NCBI GenBank assembly: GCA_964247055.1
Contig: OZ176050.1
Span: 14,570,001-14,634,000, forward strand
Length of the DNA stretch: 64,000 bases
Reading direction: 5' to 3'
Source of the DNA: Paragordius varius
Taxonomy: Eukaryota; Animalia; Nematomorpha
The notes under the pieces were generated by a model. The model was not told the origin of the DNA and made no database searches. It worked only from the letters and a program-made list of their open reading frames with translations. Both the position numbers and the translations under genes were made by a program. Each line of letters opens with the position of its first letter. The stretch's first letter is position 1. Shown piece after piece: positions 63,101 to 64,000 of the stretch.

Positions 63101-64000
63101 TCATGATAGTATTCAAAGGTGTTTAAAAATTTCTAAAAACTTCTTAATTTATACAATAAAAAAGCGGCATTAAAAAACACATACTTGTTAATGTTTTTTA
63201 AAATAGCGCTAATGTTTCTTATGATAAATACAAAAAGCCGTGAATTTCTTTTCTAAAAAAGCAGTATACCTTAAACTTTTAACCCAAACTTATCCCTAAA
63301 ATTTTGGTAGTCTACATAATTATTAAATAAATCTAAAAAAACTTAAAATTTTACTCAAAAATAGCGCTAAAATTTCTCAAATTCCTAAATAATAAAACAC
63401 CATTATAAAGTTGTTTAAAACTTATTCCTAAAATAGACGTAAATTTCCTAAAGTTATTTTAACATGCTAAAACTTATAAAAGTGCTAAATTTTCTTAAAT
63501 TCTAAAAAAGCTAATTACTTAATTTTTTTTTAAAATGGTCAAAATTCTCTAATATATTTTAAAAAGACTAAAATTACTTTTAAAAAAGCATTAATATGTA
63601 TAAAAACATTTTTCTAAAACTAATAGTTTTTTAAAATTCTCCAAAAAAACTAAAATTCTTATTTTCAAATTATTTTAAGAAAAGCATATACCGCTAATTT
63701 TTTTAAAAAAATCCCTATATTTCTAGATAATTTTTTTTATTTCTAAAAAACAGACAATAAAATTCTCTAAATAAGTCAATTTTCTCTAATCCTAAAAATT
63801 TTCAAATAGGTTAATTTTTTCAAATAAAAAAGCGCTAAAGCTCTCTAAAAACTGCTAAAATTGTCTGAAAATGTCTTTTTTTAAATTTAAGAAAGGTGGT
63901 TAATTCTATGATAATGGTTTTTTAATTCTTAACACCCCTAATTTTTAAACGCTACAAACAAATTACTAAAATACTAAAATTTTAATGAAATTCTGCATAA
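51364..64000 (+). repeat. Segmental duplication copy B, runs off the window end
   Basis: Starts at agttatgttagcccgaaaac and ends at ttctgcataa (equal to 41870); scattered substitutions and small indels versus copy A. Confidence 0.95.
57233..57552 (-). CDS. SRD5A3: SRD5A3/polyprenal reductase-like terminal coding exon, copy B
   Basis: Same exon and acceptor as 35160-35479 with 7 substitutions; frame intact. Confidence 0.75.

Overview
Very AT-rich eukaryotic (probably invertebrate animal) genomic DNA with GT-AG introns and many (TA)n tracts. No rRNA, tRNA or CRISPR array was recognised. Layout: (1) 647-10061, the last seven coding exons of a TM9SF2-type nonaspanin gene (+). Its introns are full of MITEs and of local duplications of its own splice junctions. 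(2) 12160-14090, an unclassified ~1 kb repeat (second copy inverted at 49600-50615) interrupted by a 5'-truncated Utopia/NeSL-like REL retrotransposon fragment. (3) 14870-22760, coding-like segments including a phase-consistent 3-exon model for a 312-aa orphan secreted glycoprotein (18944-21074). (4) 23650-26540, a near-intact RTE-clade LINE with one premature stop. (5) A duplication of at least 13 kb (28755-41870 vs 51364-64000). It carries an SRD5A3-like terminal exon, degraded LRR-like exons and a promoter-like island, and a hAT insertion is present in copy A only. (6) 41000-46000, large minisatellite arrays. The most unusual signals are the splice-junction duplications in TM9SF2 introns, four 17-nt GT-AG microintron-like segments in the unclassified repeat, and a twin GTA-triloop DNA hairpin next to a telomere-like motif. 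All alignments and counts were done by eye; no database searches were run.
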